From positions 248,001 to 312,000 of the forward strand of contig JAAOMT010000699.1 in assembly GCA_016748015.1 (NCBI GenBank): a DNA stretch of 64,000 nucleotides, written 5' to 3'. The position numbers were made by a program, and so were the translations under genes. The notes under the pieces were generated by a model. That model did not search any database and was not told the DNA's origin. It saw only the letters and a list, made by a program, of their open reading frames with translations. This document shows positions 1-13,630 of the stretch, piece after piece. Source of the DNA: Geosiphon pyriformis uo1. Its lineage: Eukaryota; Fungi; Glomeromycota. Each line of letters begins with the position of its first letter. Position 1 is the first letter of the stretch.

Positions 1-660
1 CATTCATTCAGCATTTCCTAAAATAATAACTTTGACAGAAAAATATTTCCCTAACAGTCAAAATATGATGAAATACAAATGTTTACTGATGACTTTTTGA
101 GATTTTAAGCCTGATTTTATAATTGGATATAAATAATTAATAGCATTACTAATTCATTTCTTGGCGTCATCTGAACAAAACATCGATGATATAACATTTT
201 GCAATGCAAAACAACTAACCACACAAACAGGCAGAGGATCATTCCAAACACATGACCCCAATTTTCCTTTAACTTTCATAATAATAATAATAATATATAG
301 TCTTATTTATAGACTATTTTATTATACATTTTTTAGATATTCGATCGTGTCCTTATTCTTAGACAAATGAAAAATGTTGGTATCAGAACACCTAGTTTTA
401 TTAAACTTTTCATACAATAAATAAAAAGTAATAAAAATGACTTTAAGTAAAATATTTTTGGATTTGTAATGACAAATGAATTATCGAAAAAACTTTGAAT
501 TCTCTAAATATTAGCAAAAATAAATTTGAAATGAATGTTATTTAAGATAAGATCTTTTTTTTGTATTTATAAAGTAAACCAATTATTAATACATATTTTC
601 ATTTTAGAAATTTTAAACTTTATTATTTTAAATAAATTTATATTTTATCTTAATATCTTT

Positions 661-677
661 TAATAATAATAATAATA

Positions 678-723
<46 letters not shown>
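661..723. repeat. (TAA)n-(TTA)n inverted trinucleotide microsatellite
   Basis: taataataataataataatt followed directly by attattatt...; the two arms are reverse complements. Confidence 0.9.
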
Positions 724-724
<1 letters not shown>

Positions 725-1940
725 AAACTAAAATAGATGAACTTTTTATTTTTAATAATTCAAAATTTAAATTTAATTTCAACTAATTTACTAATAACTA
801 TTTTTTAAATTAAAAGAAGCATGATATATATTCTATATATTTGGTAAAAAAAATTGAGCAATTAAATCAATAATTAGGCAAAAAGATGCTTCAATTAACC
901 AATTAAATATTTAAATCTGTTTTAAAAATGACAAAATAATGACAAAATAATAATGCAAATTTCATAAATATTTTTAAATATCTCGCCATAAAAAATTATT
1001 TTAAAAAAAGCCAACAAAAAAACTTATTTTTCATTAATAAAAATTAGCTTTTTTTGACAAGAGATAATTAATTATAACAAATTTTCAATTAAAATTTTTA
1101 TTTATTTATTTATTTATAAAGTAATTCATAAACAAATTATTTTTTAATGTTAATTTTTATTTTTAAAATTTCAGTTAATGTTTAACATTGAATTATTATT
1201 TTTCATGATAATAAATTACATTTAAAAATTATTAATAAAAAAAATTATTTATTTTGATATCAATTTTTTTAAAAGCTGTTAAAATATTTTTAAAATGATG
1301 AAATTTAAAACTTATTATGAATTACATATTTAATGATAAACTAGATATTTCTAAATCAAAGAATTCTATGTACTTTAATTATTACTATAAATAAAAAGTT
1401 AAAATAAAAAACTAATACGGTTATAAAAAGGTTACTTTTAAGTTGAACAGCTAATCCCATGTAAAAAGTGCATGAACAGGATTATTAAAGAAAAGATTTT
1501 TTTTTTTAGTTAATCTGTTTAAAAGAATGTTTTTCATCAATTCAATGCTTTAACTTTCTGGTTGTGAGAGTAAGAAATCGGACCTCGCAACAAGTATTTA
1601 AAAGTCAATATCAAATCCATTATAATTTGATATCTTAATCAGTTAAGTAAATGAGACCTTTTATAATTCTTTTGTCAAATTAATTATAATGGTGCGAAAC
1701 GTATATCAGTGATTTAAAAAATTATACATATATGCCATAAATTTTATTTACTATTTATAAATTAACGATGTGATCAATTTTGAAAACTCCAATGGAAAAT
1801 ATATCATAAGTATATGCATTATGCAAAAAATACTGATGGGTCAATGTAGAAAGAAAAGCAAGGTTCCTCCTATAAAACTTGTTATAAAAAAACTTATTGG
1901 AAACTACTAAAAAAGAAAGATTTTTGTTAAATTTTTACAA

Positions 1941-3388
1941 TTATTTTGGCACCAAAGGCAAAGGAGGACATGCAGCCATAAGGTGTCCAAAATAAGGACC
2001 CTTGTGTGAGAGTAAAGAAGATCGATTTTTAGCTTTTTTTATCTTTTTTCAGTTATTGCAAAACTATTTAAAAATATTTACGAGTTAGCTTAAATTATCA
2101 ATTTATCTCTTATTTATAGAATTAAAATAACATACTTTAGATTCATATAAATCTTCCCTGGGACCTTTAAGCTCGTAACACTCATATAATTTTGGTTCAT
2201 TATCAGTACTCAAACCTTGACAATCGCAATCCACCTTTGCGATCCAGTACTCTCGTGCATGATGCGTCCATTTTATCTGACGAGTCGGTTGGGGCAATCG
2301 TGGAATCAAATCATCATAATTGGTCACTCGAAATACTGAGTCTTTAAGGAGAGTATTGATATGGTTGGAAAATTGTTGATTTCCAATTCTAGGTAAACCA
2401 TAGGTAAAGATTTTAATATCGGGTATGTGGCCAGGAGGAAGTTTACCATTGTAAAGTATCCCAAGAGCTGTGAATATTGCGAATACTGTAATTGAAAACC
2501 GAAATGATGACATAAGGTTATTTAGTATTAAATCAGGCATCAAATTTCAGAAATCTAAATGACAACCTCCCCCAACGCCATGCCCAATCAATCGATAATG
2601 CCACCGAATAGCAACAGCCCGATTCATCCGAGCCCAGTGAAGTTTCAATGATAATAATTTCCAACCCGCTAAAAATTCTGTATAAAATTCTTGATCTACC
2701 ATTACCCCCGTTGCATTTCGATAAAACATCGTAGGTCGACTTGCTTTCCTAAAATTTGCATCTAATCTCCAACCACGGAATAAAATTTGGGCATTCAATT
2801 TATGCTTGCCGGAAAGAATCAATGCTAAAGTTTGGTATAAAATTTATGATTGGGATTTTGAAATATACAATTCTTAAAAGTTTAAATTCTTAAAATTGAA
2901 GCGTTAATTACCATGAAAACGGTCAGTTAACTTTAAAACTTTTTTCGAATTACTGATCTGGTTTTCCTCTAGACAAGATGCAATGGCGGCGAAAGCTGCG
3001 AAATACTGGATATCCAAATATTTAGGGTCTTGTTTAGGTAGAAGTCTTCTTGTTAATTGAGGTAATATTCTTTTGATTACTGTGATTTAATGTTTAGGTG
3101 TTATACATTTATCAAAGGCCGGGTTTTTTTTAGGTAAGACACATGCTGAAATATTTGTTTGATTGAATTTCGAAATATTTCTGGATAAAGAATTTTGATA
3201 TTCTATTGGAAAAACGAAAATCAATTGATTCGGATGAGTTTCCATGGATTTTCATTAAGAACGGACGACACATACTGACCATACGGAAATTCATGGTGAT
3301 TTGATTGAAAAGATTGGAAAAAAATATTCAGAATTACAATGATCAGTGAAAGAAATCCTAATATTCGCCCAATCCATAACAATGGATT
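1941..3388 (-). pseudogene. Lipase_3-fold protein paralogue L1, Ser-to-Gly elbow, probably pseudogenised
   Basis: Hydrophobic N-terminus (MNPLLWIGRILGFLSLIIVILNIFF); exon ending ASCL..LTDRFHG; ILFRGW; GHGVGG|V-FAIFTAL across a phase-1 intron (donor 2566, acceptor 2486); TYGLPRIGN; RVTNYDDLIPRLP; HHAREYWI; CDC; last exon HKGPYFG. Disruptions: stop after KLIRIN in exon 1 and in-frame TGA at 2049-2051 in the last exon. Confidence 0.85.
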
Positions 3389-5543
3389 CATTTTCAAATT
3401 TATCATGTATTCAGATAAACTCAAATTGTAAATTCATTCACGATATCAATATTTGAAGTGAATTTTTTAAACCTAATCATATTATCTTGCTCAGTGGTGG
3501 ATTAAATGTTTAAACTTTAAAAAGTATTCGATTTGCAAGATGACAGGAAAAATATTTTAATTATTTATCTATGAAATAAATTTGATTGACACAAATTTTT
3601 AATATTTTGAAAATCGGAATAATTACATGTAAACCTTCCTGACTTTCATTGAGATATATGAGTCTTGAGTATTGAAGGGTTTAATTAGTAAAAGGAGTAG
3701 ATTTTTGTTATGATAAATTTTTTTAAAATTATATGTAGTAAGATTTTAGCCATTAATATGGTACTTGATTAAAATTTTCATTTTTTTTCCCAACAAGAGG
3801 AATTATAACAAAAACATTAATAAAATATTTATCAGTCAAAAATATTTAAAACTTCGACCTTTCATTTTCGAATAAATTATAAAATATAAGCCAATAATCT
3901 TTCAAACCGTCTCTTTCTATTTTCATTTCAATACGATTAATACTTTACATAAGGAAAATTCCAAAAAGTTTGATTTATAATTATTGATATTTTTCTTGAA
4001 TATAGATGTTTGGTATTGATTTTTCTTTCAAAGTTCATATTATGATTACCTCATTTTCCTCAAAATATGATATCTTTCATTTTATCCAAAAAATGAAAAG
4101 AGTTTCTCACCCACTTTAGAATTGGAAAACAAGAAACTTGAATAAATTGAACTTGAACAAATTTCATAAACCCGTAAGTCAGAAAATTAAAATCAACCAA
4201 AATTTCAAATATATCCCAGCTAATATTTTCCTCCCAAAACCTCCTGTGCTTTTTTTAAATTGTGAACTTGACGAGTATAAAATATCACGAGATTTCTAAT
4301 TAAAACTTTATCGTTTATCTATTGTGATATCTTCTTTTTTAAATCAACAATAAAAGAATCAAAGATCGATGTAAATAGTCCAAACAAAGATTTTCTGAAA
4401 CAACCAAATATTTATAAATTTTCTATACAAAGAAAATTATTGAGACTAAAAAATTTTAATGAAGCAAATAAAGTGGATTAACAACAAACGAGCCATAGAA
4501 ATTCTGTAAAGCGGGGCTGTTTCTTTAAATCAGGTGGTCTAAATAGTATTCCACGCAAAAGATGGGAGGAAACTCGCAATCATTTAAAATTTATATTTAT
4601 ATTATCCATGAATGCCACTTATCTTGGGAAACGGTTTGAGAACTCAGATGGTATCAAAGAAGTTTTATGATAAGTCTTGGGCTCGAAGCTCTGCTTCATT
4701 AATGGTCTCAAATATCAGGAGTTTGAAACTTTTGATTGGGTGATTCGCGATTTTGATCTAAACCCTTATCTGGCAGTCTCAACCTTAAGCTCGTCGAATT
4801 TTTAAAATTTAACATGCATGATTTATATCGTTACAGTTTTTATCTTCCGAACCACACAATTATGCGGAAACTGATTATTTTTCAGATTAAGATCAATAAA
4901 ATGATAGAAATATTCAGACTTTGAAAATTTTAACATTGATATTATCTGGTATTTAATTAAAAATGTCAAACATAACTTTAGATAATTCCAAGAATATTGC
5001 ATATATAATAGAGAAGCTAAGTTTTTTTCTGAAATATAAATTAATGTTAAATATTAATATTAATATTACAAAAAATGTTGTACAAGAAGGAGGTAGTAAA
5101 TGTCTTTCTACAGAATATGTTAATAAAAAAACTTCAATGGTTCTATATGAATTCTTGATATTTTCAAGACTCTAGTTTAACAAGAAAGTAATATAATATA
5201 TTTATAACTTTGGTAATTAATCAAATCTTATTTTTGTTAAATGAGATTATATAAATTTTTACAAAATTGTAATATGATGACAATAATCAATTTTATAATT
5301 GATAACTGAATGTTTAAAATTCAAATTAATCATTTCTGCATTATGTACACATATGTCAAGATGTTTGATGCACAAACAAGAAACACGTTTGCATATTTGC
5401 AAGGTCCACCTACTGTGGAAGCAATTTTAAGTAACGAAAATATACTATACTATTGTAAAATAAAATTCTGTTTTATTCCTTCATAACAGTGTGATGGCTA
5501 TTTAAACTTATTGAATTACAGAATAATTGTTTCGTTTTCCAAT

Positions 5544-8041
5544 TTATTTTTCTACCACGTGAATAGTTTTCTCCTCCCTTTTGGTTTGACGTTTAGAGGC
5601 ACTATACATTCGAGATATCTCGTAAGAAGACATCCAACCGGGAGGCCACAGTTCGAGGAGCTAGGTGTATCATAAAATAAGAAAAAGCATCAAGAAATTA
5701 CGAGAGGTTCAAAATTTTGATCACTAGAGTAAAAAAAAACCATTATTTACCCGCTGGTATAATATTTTTCGCATTTTTTGTTCTGAAAGACGCTCTGACT
5801 TATCTTCAGCCCCCCTTTGAAATCAAAGAAAAACAAATTTTTAGTTGAAAACGAAGTTATAAATTGAAATAAAAATTTATCAAATTACATAAGGTCATTT
5901 TTCATCATTGTAATAGCCATCTCCATCTGAATTATTTGCCATAAAAGCCCCTTTGTTTTGACGGTCCACTCGAATTTCTTGCCTTTACTGGAAACAGTGT
6001 GATTTGCCGTCGCATCTCTGTCTGTGTTTGCACTGGAAAGATCGGATGATAGTTCCGAACTGAACAGAGATGCATGCCTTTGTAGAATTTCGGGTATGAT
6101 TTCTTTCAATTCTCCTTCAAATTTTTTCATTAGATTATCTCTCTGTTGTTCCAATTCTGGTATTTTTATGGGATATAGGGTCCTTTTACAGAGTCTCTAT
6201 AAGAAAGAAAATAAAAATTTATAGATGAACGAAATGTCAGGTTTAATAGAATCATCAAAACTAATAAAAAAATTCTATGCAGTTTTCTGCGCGGTCAAGT
6301 ATGTTCAGAAAGCTGAACATACTCGACGTATTGATGTGGTTCTTATAGAAAATAAATTAAAAATGTTAAAATGTAACTAACCGTGACTGTATACTTATTG
6401 TATGGCAAAATATTGGTTACTATTTTGAAAAAGTTCTCATTAAACTCGTTATATTCGTAGGCTTTGTTTATAGTAGCTAATAAGTGAGGCTTAAGATTAG
6501 GAGGAAATCTATTTTTAAGCGCAAAAGATTCTGAAGGAGTGAAAATGACACATGGCAAATGATTAACAACAGTTTTATTTTAGATAGAGTAAATTATGGA
6601 ATTTTCTAGATTAACGTACCTGCAGCTACTTCTGATTTAAATGTGTCCAAAATTTTTTGCACCTCCGGATTTATAGATTCCTAAAAAGTCAATCAATAAT
6701 AAAAGAATGAGCTCAATTTTTCTACTAGTCAAATCTCTACGATCTTGGGTAAATAGATAGGTAGGTAGGTAAGTAGGTACCTACCACAGGATAAGGTTTA
6801 AGAGTTTTCCCCGGAGTTTTGTTAACTTCCGGAATAAATCTCGGGGTAGGAGAAGGAGAAGTTATATCTTTTCTATTACATGAATTATTGGCTTCATTTT
6901 TTGAATGAGGCATTGGATTGACGATAAGAGAGATAGTACCATTTCTGTTAGGTGGTGGTAGTGGTGCATGTGCGGGAATGGAGGAATCTTTAATTATATT
7001 TGCGGCCTTTGAAGTGGACGCATGATTTGAATCTTTCAAAGAAGACTGACTTGAACTCTTCAAAATAGGCTGACCGGAATACTTAATTGACGAAATTTGA
7101 TAATTGTCTTTGAAAATTAATTTTTGAGGGACAATAACCTCAAAAATTTGAGAATCTGAAAACTGTGATGATGATGTTTTCTTTGACCCATGGATAGTAT
7201 TGTTGCTATTATCTTCGGCACCTGTATGACCTTTCTTTGATATCTTTCGTACCCTAACGTCCATAGCGGTTGATTTTCGTTTGGAGAAGACCTTTTTCGT
7301 ATTAGGCGACGCATCACTAATTTAAGGAAATCGAAACATCAATAAATATTTCTATTTGGAAGGTTTGACAACAAGACCAACCAGATGAAACTGTGGAAAA
7401 TCATACTCAATATCCGAGTCCTCAACTTGTAGAGGACCTTTCCAAACAAAGAAACCATCAACAGAGCGACGAATCTCTCCAGTGTAGCGTTGTGATGGAG
7501 CTAACTCACTATCATCAATGAATGGATCTGAAAAATCATAATTTTCCATTCTTGCTTTCTTTTTTCGCACTTTTTTCTAAAAGGAAAAAAATGGCAATTC
7601 TTTGAAAAGAGGGTCGAATTTGTGAAAAGCTTACTATACCTCTTGTTCAATCTTTGCCCCTTTTGTGTTGATCTCTTCATTTTCAAGAATACGACGAAGA
7701 GGATCCTTTTCTGAAGAAAAATCACCGGGCTGTGTTGAAGTCGGGGATGGAGATTGAGGATCAGGGGTTTGAAAACCTTCTAATCCTTCACCCGACAAAT
7801 CAGACTCAGAGTCTGTTTCATTTTGTCTTGGAGGGGTTAGGGGTAAAACACCAGCTTCTTTTAACAAATCATGTATATCAACTATGTTGTTTTCTGGAAA
7901 TGTTAAAGGAATATTGATAGTTATCATTCTAGAAGGTGGTAGCAGAGTCGGTTCAGGTTTAAATTTTTCGCCCATTCTAACAATCTCATTAGATGGTTCA
8001 ACAGAGTCCTTTAAGCCTTTTCCGATTTTTTCTTTAGGCAT
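5544..8041 (-). CDS. HPC2: HIR/HIRA histone chaperone complex subunit Hpc2/ubinuclein (multi-exon)
   Basis: HUN-type motif YDFSDPFIDDSEL...DGFFVWKGPL; N-terminal ITINIPL..NIVDIH; C-terminal FPPNLKPHL, ILPYNKYT, KKFEWT, LLELWPPGWMSSYEISRMYS typical of fungal Hpc2/UBN; GT-AG introns link the ORF pieces. Confidence 0.85.
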
Positions 8042-8168
8042 TTCGTTCAAAGATCAAATCCTGATGAAATGAGTGAGAATTAGTCAAAAAACTTAGGCTG
8101 ACCCTGAATAAGGTTGGAATAGTCAGGCAACAAAGATTTCAGAGATCTGAGAAAAATGTAGAAATTAT

Positions 8169-8194
8169 GGGGGTGGGGGGGGGGGGGCGGGGGG
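8169..8194 (+). other. G-run (potential G-quadruplex) about 130 bp upstream of the HPC2 start codon
   Basis: Nearly pure G-run interrupted by single T and C in an otherwise AT-rich window. Confidence 0.5.
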
Positions 8195-8881
8195 TCTAGT
8201 GGAAGCAGAAAAAGCCTGGTTCTTGGCAATTTCACACGGGACAAAAGAGTTCAGTTTTTTAAGAACACAACTTCTGATTCACAATCTCACGAAGCCCTAA
8301 GTTTAAACCTTAAGAATCACGTGAGTTAGATCAAACGATCAAGTAGAATTACACGCGCTAATTTGGTATTGGTGTTACATCTAAAAGAATTGTTTACTTT
8401 TAGTAATCATGTAAATTAAGTTAAAATGTAAATTTCATTTGCTTATAAAATATAAGTAATATTAAGTTTTAAATAATTTTTTTAATTTTAATTTTTAATT
8501 TTAATTTTTATATATAAAATCAAAATATCTTTTGAAATTTGTGATTATTTTAAAAAATATTTTGATTTTAATTAAGTAGTAAAATATCAATTTATTCAAT
8601 AATTTATCAAGAATTTTTTAATATACTTAAAGTTGTGAGTTAAATAATTACTAAATATGAAATTGATGTAAATTATAAATAAAAGTTGATTAATTCTTAT
8701 ATTCTTCAAAGTTATTATAAAATTCAGGATATTCCTATTATACATGGTTCATTTTTTTGGTAATACACGTATCTTAATGCTATTGCGATAAAACTATTAG
8801 AATAAATTTTAAAATACATAAATAATAAATCAGTATATTATTTACGGTTCAAGTCTTTGGATACTTTTTTCCTCATAAAGC

Positions 8882-8996
8882 TTTTTGTTTATTGACCTGC
8901 TTCTACGAGTAGTACCCTAGCCACTATCTATTACATAATGACATACAAATGCTATGTACTAGACGTGACTCATGCTTTTCCAACACGTGACCCACT
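8882..8996 (-). mobile_element. Very short LINE 3'-UTR remnant
   Basis: agacgtgactcatgcttttccaacacgtgacccac resembles aggcgtgaatcatgcattttccacacgtgaccagccac of the LINE tail at 15310-15347; T-rich left end. Confidence 0.5.
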
Positions 8997-9807
8997 TTTT
9001 TTAAAATCTTTGTAATATGCGAAACTTTTAATTTTTTCATTGATTCATTGATTAATTTAAATATTAAGTTTCGACCTCAAAATAAAGATAAAATTATAAA
9101 TAAAGATTCCAAAATTTTAAAATTTAGTTTAAAATTTGTAGAAACTTTTACTTTAAAAGAAGTTATTTTTGATCAATTTTCTTATTCTCTATTGCACCGT
9201 AAATTTCCAAGATTTTTAATCATATTTGTTTATGCGATTGCTGTTTTATATTAATATATCAAAGAAACTTGAATCACTATCTCCGCTAGGACTTTTCTAC
9301 AAACATTAACACATAGCATACTATTCATTTCATAGATATCAAGAAACAAGATAACCCATTGCTTATCCAAAATTTATTCTTATCTTGAAAATAATTAATT
9401 AATTTTATTTTCAACACATGATATTGAGTTAGTATATGTAAAACTTGATGACAAATTTTAACATATTGAAAGCCCATTATTATTTTTTAATTATTACTAT
9501 TATTAAATGCAATGGATACTTTTTTATTTTTTCGGTTATAATTCTCTTTTCTTTTTTTAATTTTTTTGCCCATAATCTCATTAATAGTTAAAGATCCTTT
9601 TGAATCAAATAACACATTCATACTTCCCAATTTTATCCCGCTACCAAAGATTTTTTGTTTGAAGCAAAAGTGTTTACTGCGCACATTTATTGTCCAGATG
9701 TTTCAGTATCACAGATTTTTCTTACATATGAATTATCTAGTAACTTATTTTGTTTTTCATTTTTCTTTAAGAAATCATGCTCTCCGACTAAATTTTTATT
9801 GAAACAA

Positions 9808-10732
9808 ATGTTTAAATCGAAAAATAGCTATGATTCACACTTTCAGGTTATTGAAAGTCTAAGGTATACAAAGCAGTTTATCAGCGTAATATTTGCAACA
9901 TTCAAGACACCAGAATGGATTTATGATGAATTTGATAGTATGGGGGGAACATCAGACCTGATAGACGTTCATGGTTTTTAAGAAAATTTTATATAAAGTA
10001 TTGAAATCTTGTAGCCAATCAGATCTTGAAAATGTTGACAAATATGTAGATAATAACATAATCTACGACAAATTTTACTCTGGACATGGCTGGGGCGCAG
10101 GTAAGTAAAATGTTAATTCTCAAAAAAAAATTGTTTTCTTTGCAATTGACAGTTTTTTTTCATTCAAATTTTGGCCATTTTGCAGCAATAATTTTCAACA
10201 ATTTTTGGTCAAAGCGGCTGATAATATTAATTACCTATGGAGCTCCGCGCATAGGAAATGATATCTTTGTAAGATATATGCAGAAAAGAATTTGGGTTGA
10301 ACGAGTGACAGTTAACAATGATTATGCTCCTTTATTCTTTGGAGATGATTATTTGACTCACACCTCAATGGAAACTTGGATTGTTTCAGATAAGAGTTGT
10401 AATTTATGGACAAGGTATGATGAACAAATAGAATTTTACAACGAGAAAGATTAGTTTGACTGATGTACCAGTCCTGTAGGAAGGGAGAATAAGGTCTTGT
10501 AAAATTAATACTTTTTAACGTATGATAAATCTATTTCTCTTTTCTGACCATATTTATTCGTATTTTTTAGAAATGTAACCTACGATTTAAGAATTTTCAA
10601 GGCACTATTCAAGTCCAACAGACAACTGCTCATTTAGATCCATATTTTAGCTTTTTTATGTCTCGTGAAAGATGTCAGGGTAGTAGACTTTTACGTAGAG
10701 AAAATAATATTGCCAAAGAAAGACATTTATAA
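9808..10732 (+). pseudogene. Lipase_3-fold paralogue L2, Ser-to-Gly elbow, pseudogene
   Basis: SGHGWGA|gtaagt at 10082-10106; TYGAPRIGN; RVTVNNDYAP; THTSMETWI; last exon KCN...AHLDPYFSFFM; several stops/frameshifts (9979-81, 10452-54); 5' end uncertain. Confidence 0.8.
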
Positions 10733-13630
10733 GTTATGAAGTTTTAACTTGAACTCCTTCTTTTAAGGATTTTTCTGGTAAAACATGTTGATCGAGTGAA
10801 AATCAATGAATTCCATTTTAGAATATTTCAAATATTTTTAAAATATTTCAGATTTTAAAAATCAAGCTAATATATTAAGAAATGAACTATGTAAATTATA
10901 AAAACTTTTTTATTAATAAAATAATCAATTAATTATAATAAATATATGTTTTAAAAAACTTTATTAAATATAATTAATTGATTATTATGTAAACAATTGA
11001 TTTATTAAAAATTATTGATTAAAATTAAAATATAGTTATTATTCTCAAATAATAAATTATTAATTTGACGTAAAATGACAAATGTGATGAATCTTGAAAA
11101 AAATACACGTAAGTAACTAAATAGAAGATTACCGTACATAAAAGGATTATTTCCAATTAATTAAAAATTTATAAATTAAGTTTTTCCTACATTTTTTACG
11201 AAAGATAAGGAACTCGTAAAATTACCTAATAATAATTATGAAACTCCATTTTCAAAAAGGTATTTTTTAAACTACCTTTTTATTTTGGCTGCTGCTTTTA
11301 AAAAAAAATTGATAAATTCCAAAATATCTATATATAAAAATATAATTTGTTGATATTTTATAATGACTTTGTTTCTAAGAAAGAAATTTTAGTATAGCTT
11401 TTGTGGAGAAAATATATGAGTTAAAAGTTGTAAAATAATTGTTTTTGTAGCTATTGAATATTATTTTAAAGTTATCATGGGATTTAAATTAATAATTTTT
11501 TTGATGATTTGGAGGTCATAAATGAATTAAATTGCATTAAACTTTCTTTTATTATATTATTACTGAAATAATTTTTTTAAAAAAATCGATAATCACATAA
11601 TCAAAGAATGGGAGTTACTTCAGAATATATAAAATCATGAATCAATACTTGAAGGACATTATGAAGAGCTCGGGTTAACAACAGGGACAAAGGTAAAAAT
11701 TTTTAATTTATGAGCTTTTTAATATAAATTGATTTTATAAATTGTTAAAATGTTTATTTATTTCATTTTATTTAGAAAGTGAGAATATGTAAATTTACTC
11801 AACAAAAATAAGAGCAAAATTATTTTGATCTTTTATTTGGTTTCAATTTTTAAAGTGAATTTTTGAGAAAATTAAATTCTAATATTTAGAATTGCATAAT
11901 ACCAAACTTTATCTTGATAAATGTCAAATCTGCAAATTTATTTTGATAATTTGTGGTTTATCTTTTTTTAAATAATTTTTAAATCTTTGCTCAGTATCAA
12001 TTTTGAAAATTTTTTTAATAATTTTGGTTTGCTATAACTAGCAAAAAACAAATTTAAAAACCTAATGTTTTTTTTCAATAAAATTTGGCTTAATTTCTAT
12101 TTCTAAGAATTTTTATCTTGTTTTTTATGTAAAGTTATTTTAACCAGCTCCAAAAAAAATTGTCAAAATATTATTATTTTATTGTTTTGGCATTATTAAA
12201 ATATATTTAATGTGTGTGTACAATATTATTATGCCAATTCGGTAATAACCAAATTTCCAAAAAATTTTTAAGAAGTGACTATTCACCTCAATTATTATTC
12301 TTTTTTCACAATTAGTGGCAAAATTTCAAGACATAATATGTCTATTAAAGCCAAATATCTCAGGTCAAACCATATTTATATAATAAAAGTTTTCATATTA
12401 CACCTTTTATTCTTTTTGTTTCCTAAAATTATAAAGACTTATAAAGCTGATTATTAAAGTGATAATTTTGACTCAATTCGATATGATGTATGTGTGAACT
12501 GCCAATTTTCATCACAAGTTGTTTAAATAACAAACTTTATTTACTCTTGTGTAATGTTCAGATTAGTTAGCTTTTAAGCTTTAAAGACTTTCTAACATAG
12601 CAATTCTGGCCAAAAATTCATTTTTTTATTATAAAACTTTCTTGCTTTTGGGTATTTTCCAACCTTTTACTTATCTACCAAATTTTTAATCTATTTAACA
12701 TATATGAGATTGATTTATTGCTTTTATATGCTTTAAATAGCATTACTCAAATAAAACAAAACTTTTATAAAAATTTTCCAAAAATTAATATTGAGTAGAT
12801 AGAAAAAATCAACCAAATGAATTAATTTATGTGTAGTTACTGGCTTGTAAGTATTTTTGTTTTTGATTTATTCATCTGAAAATTTTTTGATCAATAACCA
12901 AAATTTTTTTTAATCTTTTCACAATAGTTACATGTTTATTCAGATTTACTATGCTTTGAAGTTTTGTATACAATTTGTTTTTAATATAATAAATCTATGT
13001 TTAGAGAATAAAAACTATAATATTTTATATGTTTATTTTGTAAAATAATAATTCATAAAGATCAAAGCATTTTTTTTTAGATTAAACAATAAGCAAGATG
13101 AATTTTTAAGAATTTAAAATGAGCTTTTGAGAAATAAATTATTATATTCATAAGTCTTTAAAAAAAATTACAAATTATTTATATTCTAATTTTTTTTTTA
13201 TAATAACCAATTTAGTCTTTTTTTAACAGATTTAATACCAAATATTGATTTTATTTTGGTATTTTATTATTGAGATATTTGACCAATCTCACTTATTTTT
13301 TTTTGATAGTATTTTAATTATATTTATTTATTTTTGTGATTCTTCAGGTTGATACATGGCCTTTAGATAGAAAAAATTTATATAATATATTTTTATTCTA
13401 TTTGATCCCAAAATATAATTTTTATAAAAATTATTTTTTATTCATAAACTTGTTTTTAATTATTATTTTGTTGATTTATTTAATTTAAATTTCTTCAAAA
13501 TAAGCAAATTTTTCTATTTATTTATATTTGCTTTCACTTTCTACTATATTGATAATAAAAATACAATTTTTTTTATATGATAATCTTAGTTTATATTATA
13601 ATACATCATTGAATCTTACATGTTATCACT

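Noticed and set aside
2049-2051. In-frame TGA in L1 as selenocysteine or readthrough
   Set aside because: The same gene has other disruptions and paralogues have no Cys at this position; pseudogenisation is simpler
4100-4805. Coding-like relic (WEETRNHLKF...FINGLKYQEFETFDWVIRDFDLNPYL)
   Set aside because: Many stops and no recognisable family; cannot be called
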